Shown: positions 40,816 through 52,226 of the stretch, one piece after another | Numbering within the stretch: the first letter of the stretch is position 1 | Layout: each line of letters starts with the position of its first letter | Source of the DNA: Ignavibacteriota bacterium | GTDB lineage: Bacteria > Bacteroidota > Ignavibacteria > UBA10030 > CAVZMI01 | NCBI GenBank assembly: GCA_963776275.1 | Contig: CAVZMI010000006.1 | Location: 32,001-96,000, forward strand | Length of the DNA stretch: 64,000 bases | Reading direction: 5' to 3' | Translations under genes and position numbers: made by a program | Notes under the pieces: generated by a model | The model's database searches: none | Told to the model about the DNA's origin: nothing | What the model saw: only the letters and a program-made list of their open reading frames with translations

Positions 40816-42654
40816 ATGAGTGGTCATAGGTCTCAGATGCATCGGAAAACCGGAAACATCTATATTCTTCTCGGAGTAGTACTCACCGTTTTCCTCCAGG
40901 CCAGTATTGCTGAAATACGCGCTGAAGAACGATCAATAGTCTCCTTAAAAGAATTCACATCCATGGAAATGCGGCAGCAGGGCTTCACTATACCGAACAA
41001 TATGCGTGTTCACATCTATGCGCGCGGGGGAGGTATTTCAGACAGGAATTCCTGGGATGAAACCGAAAGAATGTTCGCGTACGGTTGGATTATCGATGCT
41101 TCAACAAGAAATGTGGTCTGGGAAATGACATATGACAACAGCCATCGCGAAGGAAACTATCGCATTTCCGATCAATATATCGATCTCACCAAAGGATCGT
41201 ACGAGGCATATTTCTGCAATTACGGATATTATGTCGATGCAGCGCTATCGAAATCACTAATGAACATCGACAGGCGACAGCTCAATGATGAATACGGCCG
41301 GCAGCGTTCTCACAACCGATGGATGTGGTTCTTTCATTTGTTCGGCATTGGTGATCATTCGTGGAGAAAAGAATGGGAAGAACAGGCGCGCAACTATGGA
41401 ATGGAAATTTATGTACAATCCTCCGAAGTCAACAGTGTCCGCAATTTCATACCCCCGCAGCAACTTGACAATACAGTCATGGCCATTACCGGCATAGGCG
41501 ATGGAGCCCATGTTGAAAAAGGATTCCATCTCTCGAAAGCTGTTCGGTTTCGAATTTATGCGATCGGAGAAGGACGCGAACATGAAGAGATGTTCGATTA
41601 TGGTTGGATTATCGAAACAGAGTCGCGTAAGCGTGTGTGGGAGATGACATCCGATCGTTACGAGCACGCCGGCGGGGCAATAAAAAATATGAAAATTGAT
41701 GAAACCCTTACCCTTCCTTCAGGAGACTACGTAGCTACATTTGTTACTGATGATTCACATTCGCCGGCGGATTGGAACTCACCGCCTCCGAGCGATCCCT
41801 TAATGTACGGGATTACGTTGACAATCTTGAAAGACGCCGAAAAGAATGCTTTTTCACTTAAAGAAGTCAAGGAGAATCGAAATATAATTGCGCAGCTGAT
41901 TCATGTTAACGATGATCAGACTCTGAACGCCGGTTTTATCTTAAAATCCGAAGAACACATACGCATCTATGCCATCGGAGAACGGTCGAACTCGCCCGAA
42001 AAGATGGCCGATTACGCCTGGATCGTAAACGCCAAGGATCGCCAGCGAGTATGGACAATGGAATCGAAAAAAACATTGCATGCCGGCGGCGCGTCTAAAA
42101 ACAGGATGGTAGATGAAGTTATTACTCTTCCCCGGGGAAAATACATCCTCTATTACAAAACAGATGACTCGCACGCATACGGTGAATGGAATGACGATCC
42201 ACCCAGCGATGCCGAACATTACGGTGTGACAATCTATGGGAACGGTGAATGGTTCGATCCGTCAAAGGTGAGCGCGGTCGAGCCGACATCCCCCTTTCTC
42301 GCTCAACTCACACAGATGAGGGATGATGAACATCGGACGTCTTCCTTCACGCTGCAGAAACCAGCACGAATTCATATCTATGCACTCGGCGAAGGAAGCG
42401 ACCATGAATTATCCGACTATGGATGGATCGAGGATATCCGTAGCGGAAAAGTAGTGTGGGAAATGACCTACGCCAAGACCACACACGCCGGTGGTGCCCG
42501 AAAAAATCGGATGGTGAATACGACATTCCTTTTGGATAAAGGTGAGTATCAGGTTCACTATAAGACGGATGATTCGCACTTCTTCGAAGACTGGAATGAT
42601 GATCCTCCGGACGATCCCGAAGCATGGGGGATTACAATTACACGCGAGGAATAA
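40816..42654 (+). CDS. Exported protein with four tandem ~120-aa repeats of unknown function
   Basis: GGAGG RBS, signal-like segment; repeated IYA.GE...DYGWI...VWEMT...HAGGA.KN...TDDSH...WN..PP.D...GIT. Confidence 0.8.
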   Translation: MSGHRSQMHRKTGNIYILLGVVLTVFLQASIAEIRAEERSIVSLKEFTSMEMRQQGFTIPNNMRVHIYARGGGISDRNSWDETERMFAYGWIIDASTRNVVWEMTYDNSHREGNYRISDQYIDLTKGSYEAYFCNYGYYVDAALSKSLMNIDRRQLNDEYGRQRSHNRWMWFFHLFGIGDHSWRKEWEEQARNYGMEIYVQSSEVNSVRNFIPPQQLDNTVMAITGIGDGAHVEKGFHLSKAVRFRIYAIGEGREHEEMFDYGWIIETESRKRVWEMTSDRYEHAGGAIKNMKIDETLTLPSGDYVATFVTDDSHSPADWNSPPPSDPLMYGITLTILKDAEKNAFSLKEVKENRNIIAQLIHVNDDQTLNAGFILKSEEHIRIYAIGERSNSPEKMADYAWIVNAKDRQRVWTMESKKTLHAGGASKNRMVDEVITLPRGKYILYYKTDDSHAYGEWNDDPPSDAEHYGVTIYGNGEWFDPSKVSAVEPTSPFLAQLTQMRDDEHRTSSFTLQKPARIHIYALGEGSDHELSDYGWIEDIRSGKVVWEMTYAKTTHAGGARKNRMVNTTFLLDKGEYQVHYKTDDSHFFEDWNDDPPDDPEAWGITITREE

Positions 42655-42776
42655 AAAAAAAGTACCTAAAGGGAATCAAAATCTCAAATGTTAGGTTTGC
42701 CGAATCCCGATCCCGATGACCTGTCCTTACAGAGGCCCCACGGCCTACGGCTCGTAGAGGTCGTTGACCGCCGGAA

Positions 42777-43715
42777 TCAGCTAAGGGCGGATGAAGGCGG
42801 AGGTCGGGAGGAGGAGTCGAACCGTTCGTATGATAGCTGTCCGATTATCGCCCCAACGACAAAAATAATACTGGTGAGATAAATCCAGAACAGACCGACA
42901 GCAAAGAACGCATATGCACCATATACAGAGCGATACGATTGGAATGTCACTAAATAAAATGCGAAAAGCCGCCCCGCCACCTCCCAGAGAACCGCTGTTG
43001 TGAGCGATGAGACCCTCACGACTCTGCGGGGCGGTATTTCATACGGAATGAACCGATAGATGAAGTAAAAGGTGGAGAATGTGACGACAAAACTCACAAC
43101 ATATACAAGTGTTGTATTCAACACGAGGTATTCAAGAGTCCCCTTTTGAACCATAAAAAATCCCGACTTCATCGCAAACGATACCAGCCATGTAAATCCG
43201 TTCATCACCAAAAATAAAATCCCTATCATAAAAACCATTCCCCAATCGCGGAATTGGCCGATTATTAACCGCGGTTGTTTCGTGATGCCATAAATGTGAT
43301 GGAGAACCGTTCGAACAGACCCAAAAAGCGCAGCGACGGTTCCCAGCAATGCCACACTTCCCAGCAGCCCCATCGATTTACGATAAAAGATTACATCCCG
43401 AATAATTTCTGTGGCGATCTGCCGGAGCTTTGGCGAATAGAGCTGCGCAGGAAAGAGATTTGAGAGGACTTCATCCAGGCCGTTCAATGCCGACCTTGAA
43501 GAATTTAATACCGTTCCAAAGATAGACGTTGTTAGAAGAAGAAACGGAATGAGACACATCAACCCGTTGAACGCGATACCCGAGGCATAAAAAAGAATAT
43601 CATGCTGGAGGATTTTCCTGTACAGACCGGTTATATAATAGGTACTCCATTCCTTCAACGTTTGAAAAACCCGGTGTACGAACGATAAAAAAGATGCTGC
43701 AGGATGCAATGGCAT
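42777..43715 (-). CDS. YihY/BrkB-family inner membrane protein
   Basis: ASGIAFNGLMCLIPFLL, YRFIP, YRSVYGAYA..LFWIYL...GA; about 6 TM helices; start uncertain. Confidence 0.85.
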   Translation of the reverse strand: MPLHPAASFLSFVHRVFQTLKEWSTYYITGLYRKILQHDILFYASGIAFNGLMCLIPFLLLTTSIFGTVLNSSRSALNGLDEVLSNLFPAQLYSPKLRQIATEIIRDVIFYRKSMGLLGSVALLGTVAALFGSVRTVLHHIYGITKQPRLIIGQFRDWGMVFMIGILFLVMNGFTWLVSFAMKSGFFMVQKGTLEYLVLNTTLVYVVSFVVTFSTFYFIYRFIPYEIPPRRVVRVSSLTTAVLWEVAGRLFAFYLVTFQSYRSVYGAYAFFAVGLFWIYLTSIIFVVGAIIGQLSYERFDSSSRPPPSSALS

Positions 43716-43726
43716 GAACGTCCACC

Positions 43727-45345
43727 TTATGCCCGTTCCTGCCGCCACCACCGCTCGACGACATCGCTGACATTCGTTTCATACTCACAATGTTTCCAAC
43801 GTTCGTAAAACATGATATCAGAGCTGTTCGGAGCCGGAGATGGAAAATCGATCATTACACGAACAGGCAGCGGCGCCGCATCGCCGAGGAACAGTGCCTC
43901 CCCCTGCCGAAGCGATGGAAGAATATCAATAAGACTCGCAAGCGCATCCGGGACGAGCTTCTTGACATAATTCTGATCGTTCGGATTTGTCAGCCGCATT
44001 GTGACATAATTATTGCATTGGGCAAGAATCGTCTCGGAAACTTCGGCAGGACGCTGACTGATGATCATGCATCCGACTCCGTACTTTCGTCCTTCTTTTG
44101 CGATTCTCTCAACTGTTTTTTTCGCCGAACGATTACTCAACGTCGCAATACTCGGAAGGTAATTATGGGCTTCTTCAAAGACGATCATCACGGGGAAATC
44201 ACGCCGATGACGGTTCCAGACATTGAAATCGAAAATTGTGCGTCCGAGCAGAGATACAATGACATTCACTACGTCGAAAGGAGCGCCGCTGAGGTCGATC
44301 ACGGTAATTCTCTTTTTTGAATCCAATCCGAAAATACGTGTCAGCATTGTTTTCAATGTCTCGGATGTTCTAAACACCTTCGGTTTAAAAATAAATTCAT
44401 ACCTTTTATCGTTCAACCTGCTGTCGAGCCGGACAAGGAACCGTGTGAATTGACCGTAGAAGGGTCCTTCCTTCTCTTTCACGCCGCCTGTTCCTGCAAT
44501 CCGTTCTCGATCCAGGGCCTGCACACGTGCACGACCTCTACAAGATCGAAATACGCCGGCGTATCAACGGTCAGCGCATCGCGCAGAAGAGGATTGGCGC
44601 GTTTCTTTGCCTCGAGAATTGCATCTTTAAATACCATGATCTGGCTGTGCGCCGATTCTTCGGTTTCATCAATGAACGTCTCTTCCAATTCTTCAAAATT
44701 CATGAGCCAGAATGGAAGCTCAAGCTCGTTAATGCGGAGAGTATTTCCTACTCCCTCGAACGCCGCACTGTATTCATCATGGATATCCAGGATGATCACG
44801 TGTGTATCATTCAGGTTCTGGACCTTCTGAAAAATCGACGCGACCAGGCTGGACTTCCCGGCTCCCGTCGAACCGAGGACGGCAATATGTTTTCCAAAGA
44901 ACCGGTTCGGGTCGAGATACTGCCGTTCCTTTTCGAAGAGAGAAATAACGCCGACAGAAAAATCGTCCACCCGGTATTTTGAGAAGATCATTGCAAGGTC
45001 GTCCTGATCGGTCATATACACAGCACCGTCAACCATTGGAAAAACTGACAGGCCGCGTTCGAACTTTCCATCCGCGACGGTCCCAAGCAACTGGACATGC
45101 ATCAATTTACGTTTCGTAGTCGCCGTGTTTCCCGGGGTAATATAATCGATGATTTCGACATCAGTGATCATGCCTATGACAATGCGCTCTGATTCAGGCA
45201 TCATCACATACGAACCGACCTGGGCGATTTTATACGTTTCGCCGTCGATCGTTTTCGTAAGGCTATCACAATCCTCTCGAATCAGTGCGGTGACAATCGC
45301 ACTATTAACCGATTGAATTGAGCCGATGACTTTTTGTTGATTCAT
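43727..45345 (-). CDS. HerA/FtsK-like ATPase (HAS barrel plus DUF87), apparent frameshift near 44533
   Basis: QVGSYV, FERGLSVFP, HIAVLGSTGAGKS, DIHDEY, FEEAHNY, ERIAKEGRKYGV, SQRPAE, RLTNPNDQ; split over two ORFs. Confidence 0.88.
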
Positions 45346-45495
45346 AGAAAAAACCTTTCAATAGAATGCTCTTGAAGTTAAGATAGGAGAATTTGGAAAA
45401 GTTGCAAGATGCCGCATCGCACAATAAAAAAAAGATAGAACTATTGGAAAGAGTAATGTATATTTAATATAATGTAAAAAAAGAAAGGAAAAATT

Positions 45496-46769
45496 GTGTT
45501 CGGAAAACATCCAAAAGGACTTATGGCTCTTTTTTTACCGAAATGTGGGAACGCTTCGGATTTTATACGCTCATGGCAATTTTCGTCCTGTACATGGACC
45601 GGGAGTTTAAATGGGATGATTCCTTAAAAGGGAGTATTTACGGAATTTTTCTTCTTTTATGCTACCTGTTTCCTATTGTCGGGGGATGGCTTGGCGATCG
45701 TGTACTAGGACCGAAAAAAACGATTCTTATCGGCGCGACCATGATGGCCGTCGGATATGCTGCCTTCGCCGCATCATCAATCGAGAGAATTCCATTATTC
45801 TTTCTCGGTATTGCTCTTGTTTCGATTGGCACAGGGATTTTTAAAACCAACGTCTCCGTAACGGTCGGAAATCTGTATTCCCAAAATGACCCCCTGAAAG
45901 ACGCCGGATTTAACATTTACTACATGGGCGTCAATGTCGGAGCAACGCTTGCGCCTCTTGCCGCTACTGTTATCAGCATCGTGTATGATAGTTACAATTT
46001 CTCATTTGCCGCCGCCGGTATAGGGATGGTGCTGAGCATAGTCTTTTTTTTGATGGGACAAAAAAATATTAGCGAACACAGCTCTGTCGGTGCGGCCCGG
46101 GATTCTGAAATCGGTACCAAGCTGCCGTCAGAAATAACTGAAAACCGACAACGTGTTTTCACTCTAGCGATTCTTTTTTCCATCGTAATATTTTTCTGGG
46201 TGGCCTTTTATCAAAACGGATTTGCCTTGACACTTTTTGCCGAGCGTTCAACGGTTTCGTACGATTTCTTACGGCCCGAGACGTACCAATTTTTTAATCC
46301 TTTCTTTATTCTCCTTTTAACACCACTGATGATTTCATGGTTCACGCGACTCCGGGAAAAAGGGAAAGAACCTTCAAGCCCCACAAAGATTTTTTGGGGG
46401 ATGTTCATTTCGGGTTTTTCCATGGTTGTGATGATTTTCGCAGCATCGGCCGGCGGCGATCTCGATCAGAGGGTCATGTCCCCGTGGTGGTTGATCTCAT
46501 CATACTTTGTCGTGACGATTGCAGAAATTCTTGTTTCGCCCATGGGTTTATCGTTCGTTTCGAAAGTCGCGCCACGCAGATGGCAGGGACTGATGATGGG
46601 ATTCTGGTTTTTTGCCACATCGCTTGGATCGTACGGCTCCGGACTACTCGGAAGATTTTATAGTACATTAACACATCACGATTATTATATGATCCTTTCT
46701 GCTATGCTTTTCCTTTCATCGGTTCTTGTATTGGTATTTAAGAAAAAACTCAGTAGATTTGCTACCTGA
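45496..46769 (+). CDS. POT/PTR-family di/tripeptide MFS transporter, homopolymer frameshift near 45535
   Basis: GTG start gives MFGKHPKGL.ALF(F)TEMWERFGFY (ExxER motif); GFNIYYMGVNVG, AEILVSPMGLS. Confidence 0.9.
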
Positions 46770-46808
46770 GTACCCCGGCGAAATTTTTCAGACTCAATCG
46801 GCGCACAC

Positions 46809-47994
46809 ATGTTGATCAAAGAAAAAATAGCACAGGCAGTCGGAATCCTTCAGGAATACTCAATCGATTGCTGGATTACTTTCACCCGCGAGAGTCAAAT
46901 TAACGGCGATCCTATCCTTCCGTTTCTTGTTCCGGCACCTCTTACATGGCACAGTGCTTTAATCATCACCGCAGACGGTGACACACACGCTATAGTCGGC
47001 GCTTACGACAGGCAGACGCTGGAAGATATCGGGGCTTATAACGAAGTGGTGGGATACGTCGAGGGAATCAAGAAACCGCTTCTCGAATATCTTCAGAAAA
47101 AAAATCCACAGACCATCGCGATCAATTATTCGAAGGAAAGCGAAACCTGCGATGGATTGACACACGGGATGTACCTGACTCTTACGGAATATCTCGGTGA
47201 AATTGGATTTGAACAACGGCTTCTCTCGGCCGAAAATATAGTCTCAGCGCTGCGACAGCGGAAAACAAGTTTAGAACTCGAGTATATCCAGGAAGCTATC
47301 TGGTATACCGAACGTATTTTTAAGGGTGTATCACATTTTATCTCTCCGGGCCGGACAGAAGAGGAAATCGCTCAGTACATACGGAATGAAGTCGAGAGTG
47401 CAAAACTTGAGTTTGCCTGGGATCAGAAAACCTGTCCGTCAGTCTTCAGCCGGTCCCGATACTGCCGGCGCGCATTACAATCCAACCGCGCGAAAAGTCG
47501 AGCCGGGACATATTCTCAATATTGATCTTGGCCTGAAGGTGAATGGCTATTGCTCCGATTTGCAGAGAACTTTTTACGTCCTCAGAAAAGATGAAACTGC
47601 AGTTCCCCCCGAAGTCAAGAAGGGATTCGATACTATAGTTGAAACTATCGAGAAAGCCCGGCAGGCTATGAAACCGGGCATACAGGGAATTGAAATTGAC
47701 AGAATTGCCCGGGAGTATATCGTATCAAATGGATACAATGAATTTCCTCATGCACTTGGACATCAGGTCGGACGTTACGCGCATGATGGGACTGCACTGC
47801 TCGGTCCGCCCTGGGAAAAATATGCACATCGCCCATATCATCCGCTGGAAGAAGGAATGGTCTTTACGCTCGAACCGCGTCTCACCGTCGAAGGTTACGG
47901 CGTGGCAACGGTCGAGAATATGGTTGTCGTAACGGCAACCGGGGCCGAGTATATTTCAACACCGCAAACGCAATTGATATTAATTAAAAAATAA
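46809..47994 (+). CDS. M24 Xaa-Pro peptidase family protein, apparent frameshift near 47450
   Basis: N-terminal creatinase-like domain, then IDLG..GYCSDLQRT, HALGHQVG..HDG, TLEP, EN; split over two ORFs. Confidence 0.88.
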
Positions 47995-48015
47995 AAAATC
48001 ATTCCGGAACGGAAA

Positions 48016-48210
48016 ATGGTCGAATTTACCCTGTTGATGTGGTTTGTAGTAAGTGTCGCCATTGGTCTCTGGAATCACGATAGAGGAAATGGATTTCTTA
48101 CAGGGTTTCTTATCTCTTTACTTTTATCTCCTGTCGTCGGTTTTTTTATTACTATATTTACAAAACCGAGACGAAATGGGAAAAAACCTAGGAAAATCAG
48201 AAAGAGGTGA
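48016..48210 (+). CDS. Small membrane protein
   Basis: Two hydrophobic segments, RGNGF..GFLISLLLSPVVG, basic tail. Confidence 0.6.
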   Translation: MVEFTLLMWFVVSVAIGLWNHDRGNGFLTGFLISLLLSPVVGFFITIFTKPRRNGKKPRKIRKR

Positions 48211-48213
48211 GTA

Positions 48214-48333
48214 ATGTTTATCGGACATTTTGCAGTCGCCCTCGGAGCAAAAAAAGCAGCTCCCAAAGTTTCTCTCGGTACACTCGTAATCTCGGCACAA
48301 CTGGTTGATCGGCATCGGATTCTCCGGTCATAA
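48214..48333 (+). pseudogene. Internally deleted relic of a membrane-bound metal-dependent hydrolase-like gene
   Basis: MFIGHFAVALGAKKAAPKVSLGTLVISAQLVD joined directly to RHRILRS*; GAGGTGA RBS. Confidence 0.55.
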
Positions 48334-48406
48334 GTTGTTTCACTTGCTTGACATTCCTTTAAGACTTTACGAAATTAAATACATAGAACTATAGAGGAGA
48401 TACTAC

Positions 48407-49270
48407 TTGCCCGACAAGAATCTTACAGCAATATTATTATTATCATGCCCCGACAGAAGAGGGCTGGTTGCCCGTATTTCCCACTTCATTTTCGAACGGG
48501 GTGGGAATATCATCGATCTCGATGAACATGTAGATTCACAGGAAGGACAATTCTTCCTGAGAGTCGCATGGGATATGCAAGAATTCAGTGTCGCCCCCGA
48601 TGATCTGGAATATGCATTCCTCCCGATGGCGAAGGAATTTAATGCGGAATGGACAATCAGACTCGACCGTAACAAAAAGCGGCTGGCAATTTTTGTCTCG
48701 AAATATGATCATTGCCTTCAGGAGATTTTATGGCGCCACGGTCTCGGCGATTTCGATGCGGATCCGGTGCTTATTATATCAAATCATGATGACCTTAAAT
48801 ATCTGGCTGATCGTTATCACATTCCTTTTTATTTTTTTCCTATTACATCGGAGAATAAAGCCGCCCAAGAAGAGAAGGAATTGTCCTTACTGGAAAAAGA
48901 GAAGATAGACACTGTTATACTGGCCCGGTACATGCAGGTACTCTCGCCAATATTCGTTCAAAAATATCCCAACCGTATTCTGAATATTCACCACTCCTTT
49001 TTACCGGCATTCGCTGGCAGCAATCCGTACAAACAGGCGTATGAGAGAGGAGTCAAGATAGTCGGCGCCACAAGTCATTATGTCACAAGTATGCTTGACG
49101 AAGGTCCGATCATCGAGCAGGACATCATCCGTATATCGCATAAAGATTCTTTGCAGGATTTAATCCGTAAAGGGCGCGATCTTGAGCGGCTGGTCATTGC
49201 CCGGGCTCTGCGTTTGCACCTGCAGGATCGTGTTCTGGTACATGGAAATAAGACGATCGTTTTTGAATAA
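48407..49270 (+). CDS. purU: Formyltetrahydrofolate deformylase
   Basis: ACT domain CPDRRGLVA, LARYMQVLS, NIHHSFLPAF.G..PY.QA.ERGVK, LDEGPIIEQ. Confidence 0.96.
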   Translation: MPDKNLTAILLLSCPDRRGLVARISHFIFERGGNIIDLDEHVDSQEGQFFLRVAWDMQEFSVAPDDLEYAFLPMAKEFNAEWTIRLDRNKKRLAIFVSKYDHCLQEILWRHGLGDFDADPVLIISNHDDLKYLADRYHIPFYFFPITSENKAAQEEKELSLLEKEKIDTVILARYMQVLSPIFVQKYPNRILNIHHSFLPAFAGSNPYKQAYERGVKIVGATSHYVTSMLDEGPIIEQDIIRISHKDSLQDLIRKGRDLERLVIARALRLHLQDRVLVHGNKTIVFE

Positions 49271-49301
49271 CATGCCTATCTAAACATAATTTTCATGACT
49301 T

Positions 49302-49964
49302 ATGAATAGTTTTTGTAACAGGATATTGGTAATTTTTGCTGCATTTACTCTTCAAATCATTGTAGGCTGTACCGATTCCTCGCATGATTCAAATGCCATA
49401 TCCATTATCCAACTAAATAAACCGATTATCACAAGGGTTGATCCCGACTCAGTAATGACGGGCGACACGCTTACCATCACAGGTTCACGCTTTGGTGAAA
49501 ATCAGGGGGTGAGTGCCGTTACAATCGGAGGGAAAAGAGCATTGGTTATATTATTCTGGTCCGACACCCTGATACGCGCAGTCGTTCCCGATGCGGCTGT
49601 ATCCGGAGATGTAAGTGTCACGGTCGGAGGACGCACCAGCGATGCCATTCCAATAACTATTGTACCGCCTCCTGTGCAATTATCATTTCTGAATAATGTA
49701 AGGCCGATTCTCTTGCTTAATAATTGTATAAATTGTCATGGAGGAGGCGTTGGTTTATACGTGGGGACCGTTACTCAGCTTGTCCAGGGTGGTGAGCATG
49801 AACCGGCAATCATTCCCGGTAATGCCGACAGCAGCCTTCTCATTATGAAGCTCTCACCAAATCCGCCATTTGGCAATCGGATGCCTATATACGGACCATA
49901 TCTTTCGGACAGCCTGGAGCAAATCATCAAAACATGGATCAATCAGGGTGCTAAGGATAATTGA
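49302..49964 (+). CDS. Lipoprotein with IPT/TIG domain and monoheme cytochrome c domain
   Basis: IIVGC lipobox, TLTITGSRFG..WSDT.I...VP (IPT), VRPIL..NCINCHG, IPGNADSS.L, RMP, I.TWI.QGA. Confidence 0.8.
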   Translation: MNSFCNRILVIFAAFTLQIIVGCTDSSHDSNAISIIQLNKPIITRVDPDSVMTGDTLTITGSRFGENQGVSAVTIGGKRALVILFWSDTLIRAVVPDAAVSGDVSVTVGGRTSDAIPITIVPPPVQLSFLNNVRPILLLNNCINCHGGGVGLYVGTVTQLVQGGEHEPAIIPGNADSSLLIMKLSPNPPFGNRMPIYGPYLSDSLEQIIKTWINQGAKDN

Positions 49965-50014
49965 TTAAGGAAGGAGTAAAAGTAGAATGTTCGAACAGCA
50001 AAGAGTTTAAAAAC

Positions 50015-50066
50015 CCGCCGGAAATAAGCATTAGTCTATCTCGTTTCTAACACTTATTTCCGGCGG
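50015..50066. terminator. Long hairpin between convergent genes
   Basis: CCGCCGGAAATAAG / CTTATTTCCGGCGG perfect 14-bp stem. Confidence 0.6.
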
Positions 50067-50095
50067 AGGGTCCCTTGTTTAATATAGTCTTTTAT

Positions 50096-52192
50096 TTAGA
50101 AGCCGCTAATCTTTTTATTCTTCAGAAATAATGGTATAGTTGAATAAATCAACCGGTCTTGCGACTCCCTGATAAGCGATAGATCTCTCTTTTCAGCACT
50201 TTTTGCTGTTTCAACAATTGCTGATTTGTACTTACTAAACTCCTTTTGGGCCATGAGTTTCGACATTTCAGTCAATGTACCGCTTTCCAAATCAGCCAAT
50301 TTTTTCATCGAAACCGACAAACTCCGTAGATTAAGTTCTTTTTCCAGGTTCTTACCGGATAGCGTGATAATACTATCTGCACTTTTAATTTTAAACTCCT
50401 TCTTTAACATTCGGAAAAGGTTATTAATCCTTTTCATCGATTTATTTAAAACTAATTTCTGATCAGCACCTTGAGCATTGAAAATAATTCCTCCCATTTC
50501 TTTTTCATTCAAGTTCTCAGATAGTTTCACTGAAACCCGTTCTCTCTTCGCATTAATTTTGGGAGTGGTGATGACCATAAATGCCATTTTCTTTTCGCCT
50601 GGTTTTAACGGCACTTCCCGCACTACCGCTTTTTTCGCTTTATTTGTAATTTCAAGAATGGTGGTTGTCTGTGACTGTCGGACTTCTGCTCCTTCAACTT
50701 TTCCAAATTTTATATCCGGAGGTAATTCGATTCTTATTTTCGACGTAAGGGCCAGTTTATTTAATTTATCAATTATAATATCGACACTGGTCTCTTTATC
50801 AAGTCCATTTTCAATCAGGAATGGATATACAACGGTTCATCCCCATACATTATCTACAACGGTGACATTTATTTGGACTTTATTATTGTCCATATAGGCG
50901 TATCCACTGGCATTAGCCATGTCGCTTGCCACATTCAACACCGTATGCATACAATAATCGCCGGGAGCAGGGACACTGTTCCAGGGCGTGTAAATTACCC
51001 TCGATTCGTTGCTTAAAAGACCATTTACCATGACGGTACCGATTGAATTCCACGAAGCCATATTGGCCCATGCACTTGATAAACACCATGAGAAAGCAAC
51101 GCTCACACTATCGAGTGTGGTGCATCCTATATTATGGATTCTTCCGTACACATAATTAGTTTGTCCGAATTCCGGATCCAGATGCACTGTAATCCCGTCG
51201 GCTATCAACCGGTTCCATAAATCGGGACCATGGTACCATACATAATGTGAAATATCGCTGGGCACCACACCATTATCTTCCGTGTAATCACGGCTATAAA
51301 TTCCGCTGTTAATAACTCCCGAAGCAGGCAAAGCATTCACCGGTACGATCAGCGGTGAGATATTTCTGTAATCTCCTATTTGTGAAACGCTCAATACGGT
51401 ATTTGCATGGGTATATGTGTTGGCTTCTGCAATGGTTATTACACCATTTCCATCGGCATCCGATGCGACAGCGGCGCCTGTAGGAGTTTGCTGCCGAAGG
51501 GCACAGGCCGCAGCATAGCTCAACTCCCCATGAGGAACATCGTACATGGCCGAGTGTGCATCGACACAACATTCGGTGGCAGTATGAATCATTGTATGCA
51601 GACCCTCAAGATCGTCTATCAATCCCCCGCTGCGACAGGTCATGACATAATCTGTCTTAATAAGACACGCCGGTAGACGCTCGAAATAGGTCTTAAATTG
51701 GTCGTCGGTGACACTCTCGCCTGTTGTTGAAATGGAGGCATAATAATCTCCACAGGCACAACCGCCGCCATGTCCCATCCACCAGTAAAAAAGATAATCA
51801 CCACTCTGTAATTGCGGAATTCCATGAGCTACGTCGCCGGTCGACAGCCAGTTAAAGATATTATCTACGTTCGTAGCATTCACGGCAAAATCCGTTATAT
51901 GGGGTACTGCCGGATATACAGCGGCGGCATTGTAGAATGGATGAGCGCTATTGAAATCGGTTCCATTGCCGTACAGCACTATAATGTTGTCGTGTGAAAA
52001 CCCGAGATCAATTAACGTGCGATATAAAAAAAACATATCGTACCAAAATTCCGAATGATAAAACGTGTCGTCAAGTGTGGTCTCTCCTGCACTTATCAGC
52101 AGGGCATACTTTTGTTGAGCCTGTGTTGATGAAGCAACAACAAAAAGGCATAGAACAAAAGTAATAAGTGTAAGTATTATTATTTTTTTCAT
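50096..52192 (-). CDS. Secreted clan-CD (C13 legumain/caspase-fold) cysteine peptidase with C-terminal Ig-like domains; internal TGA at 50837-50839 probably a miscalled TGG
   Basis: Signal peptide, YALLISAG, MGHGG and MTCRSGG His/Cys dyad, DADGNGVITIAE EF-hand-like loop. The frame stays open after the TGA into ORF 50096-50623. Confidence 0.75.
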
Positions 52193-52226
52193 ATTAATTC
52201 CCTTCCTATCGTCAAATTGTTGAACT

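Noticed and set aside
42795-42825. tRNA 3'-end-like GGTTCGACTCC on the - strand as an integration-site remnant
   Set aside because: It lies inside the yihY reading frame, with no acceptor stem or second copy
50837-50839. In-frame TGA as selenocysteine or programmed readthrough
   Set aside because: The position is a domain linker, not a catalytic Cys site; TGAACC fits the GGACC>GAACC error pattern, giving TGG (Trp)
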